Shown: positions 15,946-25,030, counted from the stretch's first letter. The stretch: 32,000 nt of DNA from an uncultured archaeon (GCA_964565725.1 CAZMGA010000002.1:1-32000); one strand, 5' to 3'. A program made the numbers and translations. The notes: generated by a model from the letters alone, not told the origin.

Positions 15946-16335
15946 ATGAGTAAAGATACATTTTCAGACGCATTGACTCATATTAAAAATAGCGACTTTG
16001 TTGCTAAACCAATGTGTAATATAAATATAGTAAATTCTTTGTTATTAAATACATTGAAAATATTAAAATCTGAAAAATACATCGAAAATTTTGATGTGAA
16101 AACAAATGATTGTAAAAAGAATGTAATAGTTTCTCTAAATGGTATGTTAACTAATTTGAAAGCTGTAAAGCCTAGATATCCTGTTAGTTATACTGAATTA
16201 GAAAAATTTGAAAAAAGATATTTGCCATCAAGAAATGTGGGTATATTAATATTATCTACTCCACAAGGTCTTAAAACACATGTAGAAGCTAAAAAAGAAA
16301 AAATTGGTGGTAGATTAATAGCTTATGTGTATTAA
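15946..16335 (+). CDS. rps8: 30S ribosomal protein S8 (uS8)
   Basis: DTFSDALTHIKNS, ILILSTPQGLKTHVEAKKEKIGGRLIAYVY. Confidence 0.92.
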   Translation: MSKDTFSDALTHIKNSDFVAKPMCNINIVNSLLLNTLKILKSEKYIENFDVKTNDCKKNVIVSLNGMLTNLKAVKPRYPVSYTELEKFEKRYLPSRNVGILILSTPQGLKTHVEAKKEKIGGRLIAYVY

Positions 16336-16346
16336 AGGTGACATTT

Positions 16347-16877
16347 ATGAAATTAGAAATTAATATTCCAGAAAAAATTAATGTTAAGTTAGATAATAAT
16401 ATATTAAATGTAAAAGGCCCACAAGGTGAAATAGAAAAAGAATTTAAATCTAAATTAATAAATATTTCTATGAAGGATAAAATAATATATTTAGAAACTA
16501 TTAATGAAAGAAAAAATAGTTTGTCAATATTAAATACTACTAAATCTTTAATAGAAAATATGTTTAGTGGTACTGAAAAAAAATATACTTATGTTTTAAG
16601 AGGAGTGTATTCTCACTTTCCGTTAACTTTATCTGTTAAAGGAGATAATTTTGTTATAAATAATTATTTAGGTGAAAAAAACGTTAAAACTGTTAAAATA
16701 CCAAAAAATGTAGAAGTAAGTATTAAAGGTAAAGAAGTTTATATTAAATCTGTAGATAAAGCTTTAGCAGGTAATATTGCAGGATTAATTGAAAATAGTG
16801 CTAAAGTATTAAATAGAGATAGAAGAATTTTTCAAGATGGAATTTATATAATTACAAAAGGTGTACAAAATGAGTAA
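16347..16877 (+). CDS. rpl6: 50S ribosomal protein L6 (uL6)
   Basis: ILNVKGPQGEIEKEF, YSHFPLTLSV, NYLGEKNVK. The track start 16338 is the GTG of GGTGA. Confidence 0.92.
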   Translation: MKLEINIPEKINVKLDNNILNVKGPQGEIEKEFKSKLINISMKDKIIYLETINERKNSLSILNTTKSLIENMFSGTEKKYTYVLRGVYSHFPLTLSVKGDNFVINNYLGEKNVKTVKIPKNVEVSIKGKEVYIKSVDKALAGNIAGLIENSAKVLNRDRRIFQDGIYIITKGVQNE

Positions 16878-17232
16878 TAATGTTAAAAATATGCCTACTT
16901 TCAGAGGTAGATTTGGAACTAGAAGTAAAAGAAAAAAATCTATTGCTAAATGGAATAAATGGAGATTTCCTAGAGGTATAGATATTGTTTTTGGTAAAGG
17001 CGATAATCAAAATCCAAGCATAGGTTATGGTACAGATAGGAAAGTAAGAAATTTGCATCCTACAAAAAGAGTTGAAATTTATGTTAGAAATTTAGATTCT
17101 TTAAAAAGACATGTTGCTGAAAACAAAGATGTTAATAAATATATTTATAGATTATCTGCAAATTTAGGTGCTAAAAAAAGAATTGAAATAAAAGAATTTG
17201 CTAAAGAAAAAAAATTAAAAGTAATTAATTAA
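16870..17232 (+). CDS. rpl32e: 50S ribosomal protein L32e (eL32)
   Basis: WNKWRFPRGIDIVFGKG...PSIGYGTDRKVRNLHP. ATG 16870 overlaps the rpl6 end by 8 nt. Confidence 0.9.
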   Translation: MSNNVKNMPTFRGRFGTRSKRKKSIAKWNKWRFPRGIDIVFGKGDNQNPSIGYGTDRKVRNLHPTKRVEIYVRNLDSLKRHVAENKDVNKYIYRLSANLGAKKRIEIKEFAKEKKLKVIN

Positions 17233-17242
17233 AGGTGTCTTT

Positions 17243-17671
17243 ATGAATATGAAATCTGCAAAAAGAATTGCTGCAAAGAAAATGAATGTTGGAAAAAGTA
17301 GAGTTTCTGTAAAACCAGATGCTTTAAAAAAAATTAAAGAAGCAATTACTGGTATGGACTTAGAAAATTTAATTAAAGAAAAAATCTTCCATAAAAAAGG
17401 TCAAAGCCAAAGTAAAGGTAGAGCAAGAATATTGTTAGAAAAGAAAAAGAAAGGAAGAAGAAAGGGTCCTGGAACAAGAAAAGGTACTAAAAATGCAAGA
17501 ACTGATAGACATGAAATGTGGATACGAAAAGTGAGATCCCAAAGAACATATATTGTTAAATTATTAGAAGATAAAAAAATAGATAAAAAACAATATAGAG
17601 ATTTATACAATAAAATCAAAGGTGGATTTTTTAGAAGTAAAAGCCATATTGATTCATATTTAAAGAAATAG
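17243..17671 (+). CDS. rpl19e: 50S ribosomal protein L19e (eL19)
   Basis: SAKRIAAKKMNVGKSRV, KKGRRKGPGTRKGTKNAR, WIRKVRSQR. Confidence 0.92.
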   Translation: MNMKSAKRIAAKKMNVGKSRVSVKPDALKKIKEAITGMDLENLIKEKIFHKKGQSQSKGRARILLEKKKKGRRKGPGTRKGTKNARTDRHEMWIRKVRSQRTYIVKLLEDKKIDKKQYRDLYNKIKGGFFRSKSHIDSYLKK

Positions 17672-17679
17672 GTGATTTA

Positions 17680-18156
17680 ATGCCTGTATATAGACGAAGA
17701 AAAGAAATGAAAACAAACTATGCAAAGAGATTATCTTTATTGAAATCAAAAACAAATAGATTAGTATTAAGATTATCTAATACATATTGTAATTTAGAAT
17801 ATGTTCTACATAATCCTAAAGGAGATTTAATAAAATTTAGTATTTCCTCAAAATCTATTAAAAAATTTGGTTGGAATAAAGGATTTAAATCATTACCAGC
17901 TTGTTATTTAACAGGTTATTTATTTGGTAAAGAAATAAATAAATTAAAATTAGAACAAAATTTAATTTTAGATTTAGGTTTACAACATGCTTTTCCTAAA
18001 GGAAGAATTTTTGCAACTGTAAAAGGTGCAATAGATGCAGATATAAAATTATCTGTTGATGAAAAAATGATTCCTAGTGAAGATAGAATTTCAGGAAAGC
18101 ATATTAATGCAGAAGAATTATTTAAAAAAGTAAAAACTGCAATTGATAAAATGTAG
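17680..18156 (+). CDS. rpl18: 50S ribosomal protein L18 (uL18)
   Basis: YRRRKEMKTNYAKRLSLLKSKTNRLVLRLSN, and synteny. Confidence 0.9.
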   Translation: MPVYRRRKEMKTNYAKRLSLLKSKTNRLVLRLSNTYCNLEYVLHNPKGDLIKFSISSKSIKKFGWNKGFKSLPACYLTGYLFGKEINKLKLEQNLILDLGLQHAFPKGRIFATVKGAIDADIKLSVDEKMIPSEDRISGKHINAEELFKKVKTAIDKM

Positions 18157-18164
18157 GTGTATTT

Positions 18165-18920
18165 ATGGTAGATAAATTTAAATTAGCTAAAAGAAAATCT
18201 CAAAGAAGAGCAGAATATGCTAGAACTAGTGAAACTGCAAATACAAAAATTGCTAATAGTGAAGAAATAGTTGAAGCTGTTCATAAAAAAAGAGCTAAAA
18301 AATTATTATTTGATGCAAACATAGAAAATTGGAATCCTAGAACAGAATTAGGTAAGAAAGTAAAAGAAGGCGAAATAAAAAGTTTAGATGAAATATTTAT
18401 AAAAAATATGAAAATTATTGAGCCAGAAATAGTTGATTTTTTTATAAAAGATATTAATGAAAAATTAATGGACACAACTAAAACATCTTATGTAAGAATG
18501 TCTGGAAGAAAATATAATTATAGATGTGCTGTATTAATTGGTGATGGTAATAAATATTTGGGATTTGCTGTTGCAAAAGATAAAGATAGATGGACTGCAG
18601 CAGGTAAAGCAGCAAGATTAGCTAGATTAAATTTAGTACAAATTAAAAAAGGTTGTGGAAGTTGGGAATGTAGATGTAGTAATTTACATAGTATTCCTTT
18701 TGAAGTTGATGGTAAAACAGGAGCTTCAAGAATAACAATAAGACCTGCTCCATTAGGTGTTGGTTTAGTAGTAAGTGAATATATAAAACCAGTTTTCCAA
18801 TTTGTAAATATACAAGATGTTTGGAGTAGAGGTTCAGGAGAAACAGCTACAAAAATAAATATTATAAAAGCAACAATTGAAGCTTTGAAAAAAACAAATA
18901 CAAAAGTAAATTACAGGTGA
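18165..18920 (+). CDS. rps5: 30S ribosomal protein S5 (uS5) with extended N-terminus
   Basis: WNPRTELGKKVKEGEIKSLDEIF, RCAVLIGDGNKYLGFAVAK, ITIRPAPLGVGLV. Confidence 0.92.
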   Translation: MVDKFKLAKRKSQRRAEYARTSETANTKIANSEEIVEAVHKKRAKKLLFDANIENWNPRTELGKKVKEGEIKSLDEIFIKNMKIIEPEIVDFFIKDINEKLMDTTKTSYVRMSGRKYNYRCAVLIGDGNKYLGFAVAKDKDRWTAAGKAARLARLNLVQIKKGCGSWECRCSNLHSIPFEVDGKTGASRITIRPAPLGVGLVVSEYIKPVFQFVNIQDVWSRGSGETATKINIIKATIEALKKTNTKVNYR

Positions 18921-18925
18921 GCATA

Positions 18926-19393
18926 ATGAATAATTTAATAGCTATTGTAAAAATTAGAGGAAATGTAGATGTTAAAAAAGAATTTGTAGATACAATGAAA
19001 ATGTTAAGATTAACTGAAAATAATCATTGTGCAATTCATAAAGACTCTAGTGTTTTACAAGGTATGATTAAAAAAGTAAAAGATTACATAACTTTTGGTG
19101 TTATAGATAAAGATACTTTAAAATCATTGATTCTAAAAAGAGGAAGATTAAGTGGAGATAAAAGAATTACTGATGAATGGTTAAAAGAAAAAAAATTAAC
19201 TATTGATAAATTAGTAGATTTATTTTATGAAGATCCTGAAAAAGTATATGAATTAGGAATAAAAAAAGTATTTAGATTAAGTCCACCATCTAAAGGATTT
19301 GGTAGAGTAGGTATAAAATATCCTATAAATATGGGTGGAGCTTTAGGTAACAGAGAAGATAAAATAGGATTATTATTAAAAAAAATGATGTGA
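18926..19393 (+). CDS. rpl30: 50S ribosomal protein L30 (uL30)
   Basis: LIAIVKIRGNVDVKKEFVDTMKMLRL. The track start 18917 is the GTG of GGTGAG, which contains the rps5 stop. Confidence 0.9.
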   Translation: MNNLIAIVKIRGNVDVKKEFVDTMKMLRLTENNHCAIHKDSSVLQGMIKKVKDYITFGVIDKDTLKSLILKRGRLSGDKRITDEWLKEKKLTIDKLVDLFYEDPEKVYELGIKKVFRLSPPSKGFGRVGIKYPINMGGALGNREDKIGLLLKKMM

Positions 19394-19398
19394 TAATT

Positions 19399-19809
19399 AT
19401 GGTTGTTCGTAAAGCAAAAAAATTAAAAAAATATTTAGGTACTAGAACTAGAGGTGCAGGTAATACTGAAAATAGAAGAGGTGCTGGTTCAAAAGGTGGA
19501 AAAGGTAATACAGGAAAAATGGGTCATAAAAAACATATGTTCTTTGATGTTATTGGTCATAATATAAAAAACAAGCCTTTAAGTACAAGTAAAACAATTA
19601 CTTTTAATCAAATTAATGAAATTATTAATAATATGGTTAAAAAAGGACAAAAAGAACCTTTTATATTTGATTTTAAGTCAAAAGAATTAAAATCTTACAC
19701 TAAATTAGTTTCAAAAGGAACTTTAAAATATAAATTAAATTGTAAAAATATAATAATAACAGAAAAAGCAAAATCACAAATAGAAAATAAAGGGGGTTCT
19801 ATTGAATGA
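19399..19809 (+). CDS. rpl15: 50S ribosomal protein L15 (uL15)
   Basis: GTRTRGAGNTENRRGAGSKGGKGNTG. The track start 19390 lies in GTGAT. Confidence 0.9.
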   Translation: MVVRKAKKLKKYLGTRTRGAGNTENRRGAGSKGGKGNTGKMGHKKHMFFDVIGHNIKNKPLSTSKTITFNQINEIINNMVKKGQKEPFIFDFKSKELKSYTKLVSKGTLKYKLNCKNIIITEKAKSQIENKGGSIE

Positions 19810-21212
19810 GCTTTGCAAATATAATTTCTATTGTTTCTAAGTATATTCCTGCTGTAGAAACTCCAAGTTCAAAACCAAATTTATCTAAAAGATTAACATA
19901 TAGTTTTTTGGTATTAATTTTGTTTTTTATTTTAGGTTTAATACCTTTAATAGGTTTGGCAGAATCTACTGGTGAAGCATTATCAATGTATCAGTTATTA
20001 TTAGCAAGTAATATAGGTACATTATTAACAGTTGGTATAGGTCCAATTGTAGTAGCTTCTATATTATTACAATTATTAGTAGGAACTGGTATTTGGAAAT
20101 TAGATTTTGGAAATCCTAATGATAGAGCTTTGTTTAGTGGTACTCAAAAAATATTTGCGATTTTATTATCTATAATTGAAGCTTTTATTTACGTTAAAGT
20201 TGGTTTTTTACAACCTGCTGATGGTATGTTTTTTTGGGTTGTATTGCAAGTAGCTTTAGGATCTATAATTTTATTATATTTAGATGAAGTTGTAAAAAAT
20301 TATGGTTTTGGTTCCGGAATAAGTTTATTTATTGCGGGTGGTGTAGCATCTTCTGTATTTTGGAGAGTATTTAGTCCTATGAGTTCTTTACAGACAGGAT
20401 TTAAATTAGTATCTTCTGGTGCTGCTTTAAGTTTAAGTAGCGGTTCAGGTTTATTGTGGAGTTTTTTCTCTCAAATGGGAAATAGTATTTATCAATCATT
20501 TATTACAAATTTATTCCCAATAGTTTCGGCACTAATAGTTTTCTTTATAGTAATTTACTTTGAAGGCGTGCATGTAAATATACCTTTAACTATGGGTAGA
20601 AGTACACAAATGGGTAGATATCCTGTAAAGTTTTTATATGTAAGTAATTTACCTGTAATATTGGCAGCTGCATTATTTGCAAATTTTACAATATTATATA
20701 AATTAGTTGAAGGTAAAAGTATTCCTATATTGGAACCATTTTTGTTATATTTAAGTAAATATACTAATGCACCTACAAATTTAGTGCAGAATATATTCTT
20801 ACAAGGATTCTCAGGAATGGGTGGAGAAATATTACAAGGATTAGTATATTTAGTATTATTGGCATTGACATGTATATTCTTTGGAATAATGTGGGTAAAA
20901 ATGGCTAACCAAGATTCTCAATCAGTAGCTAAACAATTACAAAGAAGTGGTATGTTTTTGCCAGGATTTAGAAGAGATCCAAGAGTAATACAAAGTGTTT
21001 TAGATAAATATATTCCAACTATTACAATTTTAGGTTCTATATTTGTAGCATTGTTAGCTGGTTTTGCAAGTTTAACTAGTGCAGTAGGAACTGGAATGGG
21101 TATATTATTAACAGTAGATATTATTTATAGATTATATGAAGAAATAGTTAAAGAACAAGTGAGTACAGATTCTAATTTAATTAGTAAATTTGTAAAGGGT
21201 GTAAAAAATTAG
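19806..21212 (+). CDS. secY: Preprotein translocase subunit SecY
   Basis: 468-aa protein with about 10 TM helices in the canonical position after L15, with ATGA overlap. Motifs include GIGPIVVASILLQLL, LDEVVKNYGFGSGISLFI and YPVKFLYVSNLPVI. Confidence 0.93.
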   Translation: MSFANIISIVSKYIPAVETPSSKPNLSKRLTYSFLVLILFFILGLIPLIGLAESTGEALSMYQLLLASNIGTLLTVGIGPIVVASILLQLLVGTGIWKLDFGNPNDRALFSGTQKIFAILLSIIEAFIYVKVGFLQPADGMFFWVVLQVALGSIILLYLDEVVKNYGFGSGISLFIAGGVASSVFWRVFSPMSSLQTGFKLVSSGAALSLSSGSGLLWSFFSQMGNSIYQSFITNLFPIVSALIVFFIVIYFEGVHVNIPLTMGRSTQMGRYPVKFLYVSNLPVILAAALFANFTILYKLVEGKSIPILEPFLLYLSKYTNAPTNLVQNIFLQGFSGMGGEILQGLVYLVLLALTCIFFGIMWVKMANQDSQSVAKQLQRSGMFLPGFRRDPRVIQSVLDKYIPTITILGSIFVALLAGFASLTSAVGTGMGILLTVDIIYRLYEEIVKEQVSTDSNLISKFVKGVKN

Positions 21213-21220
21213 TGATTATT

Positions 21221-21670
21221 ATGATTGATTGGTTACCAGCATTTATAGTAGGATCTATAGCAGTAGTTTATGCTTTATTTTTGTTCTTATATCAAAAAAG
21301 ATTAGATAAAAAAAATGGAATTACTGAAAAACAAAAAAAAAGTAAAGAATTACAAAAGCAAATGATGGATTTATCAAAAGATAATAGTCCAGAAAGTATG
21401 AATAAAGTAAAAGAATTACAACAAGAAATGATGACATTAAGTACAGACATGATGAAAGGCCAATTCAAAAGTATGTTATGGATTATGTTAATTGGTTTAT
21501 TAGTTTTGTATGTTGTAAATTTGTTTGAATTTGCAAAATTTCCTATAACCCATTTTTGGTATTTTACAAATGCTTTAACATGGTTTATATTAATATCTTT
21601 ATTATGTAATATAATATATAAATTATTATTTTGGATATTAGAAAAGAAAAATATTATAAAGGTGAATTAA
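21221..21670 (+). CDS. DUF106/EMC3-TMCO1-like membrane protein (archaeal Oxa1/YidC-like insertase candidate)
   Basis: TM1, a K/E/Q/M-rich coiled hairpin (KKSKELQKQMMDL...VKELQQEMMTLSTDMMKGQFKSM), and two further TM helices, in the conserved position downstream of secY. Confidence 0.7.
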   Translation: MIDWLPAFIVGSIAVVYALFLFLYQKRLDKKNGITEKQKKSKELQKQMMDLSKDNSPESMNKVKELQQEMMTLSTDMMKGQFKSMLWIMLIGLLVLYVVNLFEFAKFPITHFWYFTNALTWFILISLLCNIIYKLLFWILEKKNIIKVN

Positions 21671-22000
21671 ATGGTTGCTCCAAATAAAAGAAATTTAAAG
21701 AAAAAATTTGTGAAAGTTACAAAAAGTACTAAAGATGTAAGATTTAGAGATAAACCTACAATATCTAGTTGTGCAATTTGTAAAAATATATTACAAGGTG
21801 TTCCTAGAGGAGATTTGAAAAAATTATCTAAAACTGAAAAAAGACCAAGTATTGTGTTTGGTGGAATTCTTTGTTCAAAATGTAGAGATATAGTTTTTGA
21901 CAATGCTATAATGTTAAAATTAAAAATAATAAATGAAAATGATGTATCTTTAAAATATAAAAATTATGTAAATACTGCAATTTTGAAAATTGCAAAATAG
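21671..22000 (+). CDS. rpl34e: 50S ribosomal protein L34e (eL34)
   Basis: SCAICKNILQGVPRG and GGILCSKCRD zinc-ribbon pattern, with a basic N-terminus and GGTGAA upstream. Confidence 0.88.
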   Translation: MVAPNKRNLKKKFVKVTKSTKDVRFRDKPTISSCAICKNILQGVPRGDLKKLSKTEKRPSIVFGGILCSKCRDIVFDNAIMLKLKIINENDVSLKYKNYVNTAILKIAK

Positions 22001-22008
22001 GTGATTTT

Positions 22009-22464
22009 TTGATTGTTATAATTGCATCAGATGTAACATATAATTTAGAGCCATTTGTAAAAAAATTGGCTGTTAACTTAAGTGCAATTTACAAATCAAT
22101 AGATTATGATTTTTTATTAAAAAATACAGGATTCTTTTCAGAATCTAAAACTGGTAAAATTGTTTATATGGGTCATGTAATTGCATCTAAATTGGAAGTT
22201 CCAGCAATAAAAATATATTTAAAACAATCTTATGATACAATTTTGAGAAATTTATCAAACGAAAAAAAAATAAATTTGGAAGATGCAAAAATACAATATG
22301 ACAATATAAAAAAATTAGAAAAAGAAAAATCAAAAAATTATTTTGGAGTGGATTTAGAAAATTTAGATGTTTATGATTTAATTATGAAAATAGATTATTT
22401 AGATCAAAAATCTATATTACAAATAATTGAAAAATTTATTGCAAAACAAACAAATGAGGGATAG
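22009..22464 (+). CDS. Archaeal cytidylate kinase (Cmk) homologue lacking the Walker A P-loop
   Basis: Conserved L34e-Cmk-L14e slot. The C-terminal two thirds are collinear with archaeal Cmk (IKIYLKQSYDTILRN...KEKSKNYFGVDLENLDVYDLIM). The N-terminus IVIIASDVTYNLEP replaces I.I.G..GSGKTT. TTG start with GGTGAT 3 nt upstream. Confidence 0.6.
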   Translation: MIVIIASDVTYNLEPFVKKLAVNLSAIYKSIDYDFLLKNTGFFSESKTGKIVYMGHVIASKLEVPAIKIYLKQSYDTILRNLSNEKKINLEDAKIQYDNIKKLEKEKSKNYFGVDLENLDVYDLIMKIDYLDQKSILQIIEKFIAKQTNEG

Positions 22465-22465
22465 T

Positions 22466-22675
22466 ATGATTTTAGAAAAAGGTAGAGTATGTATTATAAA
22501 AAGAGGAAGAGATTTTGGAAAATTAGTAATGATTTTAGAGAATCCTAAAGAAAAAGATTCTACAGTAATGGTTGAAGGTTTAAATTTAAAAGCAACTAAA
22601 AAAAATATTAATCATTTATGGATTGTAGATAAAATGATAAATTCTGTAAAAGATTTAGAAAAGGTGAAATTATGA
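22466..22675 (+). CDS. rpl14e: 50S ribosomal protein L14e (eL14)
   Basis: KOW-like EKGRVCIIKRGRDFGKLVMIL. The track start 22427 overlaps the previous gene. ATG 22466 follows GAGGGA, and ATG 22454 is an alternative. Confidence 0.8.
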   Translation: MILEKGRVCIIKRGRDFGKLVMILENPKEKDSTVMVEGLNLKATKKNINHLWIVDKMINSVKDLEKVKL

Positions 22676-23244
22676 GTGCAAAACCTGATAAAAATAAAAA
22701 TATTAAAAATAAGAAAGTTGAAGTTAAAGAAGTAAAAAAAGAAGATAAATCATTAAAAAAACAACCACAAAAAGAAGTTAAAGAAGTAAAACATGATATT
22801 CAAAGAGAAATTGTTAGAATTGCTGGTATTGATTTAAATGGAAATTATTCTATTGAAAAAGGATTAAGAACAATAAAAGGAATTGGTATGAGAACTGCAA
22901 AAGTTTTAACTTATCAATTTTGTGAAAAAGTTAAATTACCTATAAATACATATATTGGAAATATCCCTCAAGATAAAGATGATATATTAACAAAAATTGT
23001 TTTAGATTGTAAACTTCCTGAATGGATGTATAATAGAAAAAATGATTTGTATACAGGAGAAACAAAACAAATTACAAATTCAGATTTAATTTTTACATTA
23101 AGAGAAGATAAACAAAGATTAAGTAGAATAAAATCAAGAAGAGGAATGAGATTGTTAGCAAAATTACCTGTTAGAGGACAAAGAACAAAATCAAACTTCA
23201 GAAGAAAAGAAGGCGTAGTTGGAGTTGTGAAGAAAAAGAAGTAG
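22672..23244 (+). CDS. rps13: 30S ribosomal protein S13 (uS13) with a K/E-rich N-terminal extension of about 40 aa
   Basis: IVRIAGIDLNGNYSIEKGLRTIKGIGMRTAKVL and RGQRTKSN. Confidence 0.92.
   Translation: MSAKPDKNKNIKNKKVEVKEVKKEDKSLKKQPQKEVKEVKHDIQREIVRIAGIDLNGNYSIEKGLRTIKGIGMRTAKVLTYQFCEKVKLPINTYIGNIPQDKDDILTKIVLDCKLPEWMYNRKNDLYTGETKQITNSDLIFTLREDKQRLSRIKSRRGMRLLAKLPVRGQRTKSNFRRKEGVVGVVKKKK
22720..22791 (+). repeat. Two exact 18-nt in-frame copies of GAAGTTAAAGAAGTAAAA in the rps13 extension
   Basis: Copies at 22720-22737 and 22774-22791, 54 nt apart, each encoding EVKEVK. Confidence 0.8.
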
Positions 23245-23254
23245 GTGATATTTT

Positions 23255-23833
23255 ATGGGTGACCCAAAGAAGATAAGAAAAAAATATGAGAGTCCTAAAA
23301 GACCTTGGGATAAACAAAGAATCCTAAAAGAAAAAGATTTATTAGATAAATATGGTTTGGCATCAAAAAAAGAAATTAGAATAATGGAAGCAATAATTTC
23401 TAAAAAAAGAGAAGCTGTAAAAGGATTATTAGCTTTACAATCTGAAGTTGCTGAAAAAGGTAAAAAAGATTTAGTAAATTCTTTATATAGAATAGGGTTA
23501 GTATCTAAAGATGCTACATTTACAGATATATTGGGATTAAATGTAGAAGATATTTTAGAAAGAAGATTACAAACTTTAGTTTATAGACAAGGTTTAGCTT
23601 CTACAATAAAACAAGCTAGACAATTTATAATTCATGGATTTATATCAATAAACAATAGGAAAATAAATGTTCCAAGTTATATTGTAAATACTGATGAAGA
23701 AAAAAATATAGGTTATTATCAAGGTATAAAACCTAAGATATTAGATTTAGATGTAAAAAAGCCAGAATTACACAATAAAAAAGAAATTAAAGAAGAATCT
23801 ACAGAAACAGAAAATGTAGAAAAAAGCGAATGA
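23255..23833 (+). CDS. rps4: 30S ribosomal protein S4 (uS4)
   Basis: MGDPKKIRKKYESPKRPWDK, LERRLQTLVYRQGLASTIKQARQFIIHGFISINN. Confidence 0.93.
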   Translation: MGDPKKIRKKYESPKRPWDKQRILKEKDLLDKYGLASKKEIRIMEAIISKKREAVKGLLALQSEVAEKGKKDLVNSLYRIGLVSKDATFTDILGLNVEDILERRLQTLVYRQGLASTIKQARQFIIHGFISINNRKINVPSYIVNTDEEKNIGYYQGIKPKILDLDVKKPELHNKKEIKEESTETENVEKSE

Positions 23834-23843
23834 GGTGCTAAAT

Positions 23844-24227
23844 ATGAAAGTTGCAATAGTACATATTTATTCAACATATAATAATACAAAAATGGTAGCT
23901 ACTGATATTACTGGTTCTGAGACTTTAGCAAAAAGTACTGGTGGAATAATAACTAAAAGTCAACATAAACAAGGTTCCCCATATGTTGCTATGAAAATGG
24001 CTGAACAAATATCTTCAACTTTGAAAACTAAAGGTTATGATAACATAAAAGTGAAGGTTAGAGCATCTGGTGGTATAAGAGCTAAAAATCCAGGACAAGG
24101 TGCTGATGCAGCAATTACATCTTTGACAAGAAGTGGAATGAATATTTTAGAAATAGAAAATGTGACTCCTTTGCCACATGATGGTTGTAGACCAAAAAAG
24201 AAATTTTTGTCTAGAAAGAAACAATAA
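23844..24227 (+). CDS. rps11: 30S ribosomal protein S11 (uS11)
   Basis: VAIVHIYSTYNNTKMVATDITG, VKVRASGG, PLPHDGCRPKK. The track start 23835 is the GTG of GGTGC. Confidence 0.92.
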   Translation: MKVAIVHIYSTYNNTKMVATDITGSETLAKSTGGIITKSQHKQGSPYVAMKMAEQISSTLKTKGYDNIKVKVRASGGIRAKNPGQGADAAITSLTRSGMNILEIENVTPLPHDGCRPKKKFLSRKKQ

Positions 24228-24252
24228 TTATGTTAAGGATTATGGGATTTGT

Positions 24253-25005
24253 ATGCAAGTTAAATTTTTGAAAAAAGATGGTTTTGAATATCGTTTTAGT
24301 GTTAACGATACAAGAAAAGATATTGTTAATGCATATAGACGAGCAATAATGTTAAATTGTCCAGTAATGGCTATAAATAAAGTTGCAGTTTATAAAAATG
24401 AAAGTGTAATGCCTGATGAAATGTTAGCACATAGATTGGGTTTAGTACCAATTTATACAAAATCAGTAGATGATGAAGAACATCATATTTATTTAAAGAA
24501 AAAATCAGGAATGGTTTATTCTGGAGATATTGAAACTACAGGCTTATTAGAAGTCCCTTTAAAACATATTCCATTAGTATTATTAAAAGAAAATACTAAT
24601 TTAGAATTAGAATTAACAGTTTCAAAAGGAAAAGGAATTGAGCATGTTAAATTTGAACCAGCTAATGTTCATTTTAATAACATTGCTGAAATTAAACAAA
24701 ACGGACCTATAAATTTTGAATTAAAAGATTTATGTCCTAAAGGGTTATTAGAACAAAAAGCAAATAAAATATTTTTAAAAGATCCTTATGATTGTAATCT
24801 TTGTAGACATTGTGAAAATAAAACAAATATGAATTTAGAAGTAATTATTAATGAAAATGATTTTGTATTTGGAATTGTTCCATTTAGAAATTTAGATTTA
24901 TCCAATATTTTTGAATATAGTTATAATTATTTAAATTCTGAATTGGAAAGTCTAAAAAATGAAATTTTAGGTGAAAATACTAAAAAAACTACTAAGAAAA
25001 AATAG
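24253..25005 (+). CDS. rpoD: DNA-directed RNA polymerase subunit D (Rpo3)
   Basis: NAYRRAIMLNCPVMAI, MPDEMLAHRLGLVPI, Cys cluster C..CNLCRHC, and position after S11. The track start 24178 lies inside rps11, and the first in-frame ATG after it is 24253. Confidence 0.88.
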   Translation: MQVKFLKKDGFEYRFSVNDTRKDIVNAYRRAIMLNCPVMAINKVAVYKNESVMPDEMLAHRLGLVPIYTKSVDDEEHHIYLKKKSGMVYSGDIETTGLLEVPLKHIPLVLLKENTNLELELTVSKGKGIEHVKFEPANVHFNNIAEIKQNGPINFELKDLCPKGLLEQKANKIFLKDPYDCNLCRHCENKTNMNLEVIINENDFVFGIVPFRNLDLSNIFEYSYNYLNSELESLKNEILGENTKKTTKKK

Positions 25006-25030
25006 GATTTTTTAAATCCTTTTATTCTTT
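25004..25030 (+). terminator. Hairpin plus T-rich tract after rpoD
   Basis: AGGATTT-TTT-AAATCCT perfect 7-bp stem (25004-25020) overlapping the TAG stop, then TTTATTCTTT. Confidence 0.5.

Noticed and set aside
16852-18475. Minus-strand ORFs 16852-17058, 17401-17619 and 18281-18475
   Set aside because: Each is antisense to a confidently identified r-protein gene (rpl32e, rpl19e, rps5), with shadow-ORF composition.
21667-21903. 78-aa minus-strand ORF
   Set aside because: It is antisense to rpl34e, which has the zinc-ribbon motifs and an SD.
24178-24252. N-terminal 25 aa of the ORF-track version of rpoD
   Set aside because: This stretch overlaps the 3' end of rps11 in another frame. RpoD homology begins at MQVKFLKK (ATG 24253).
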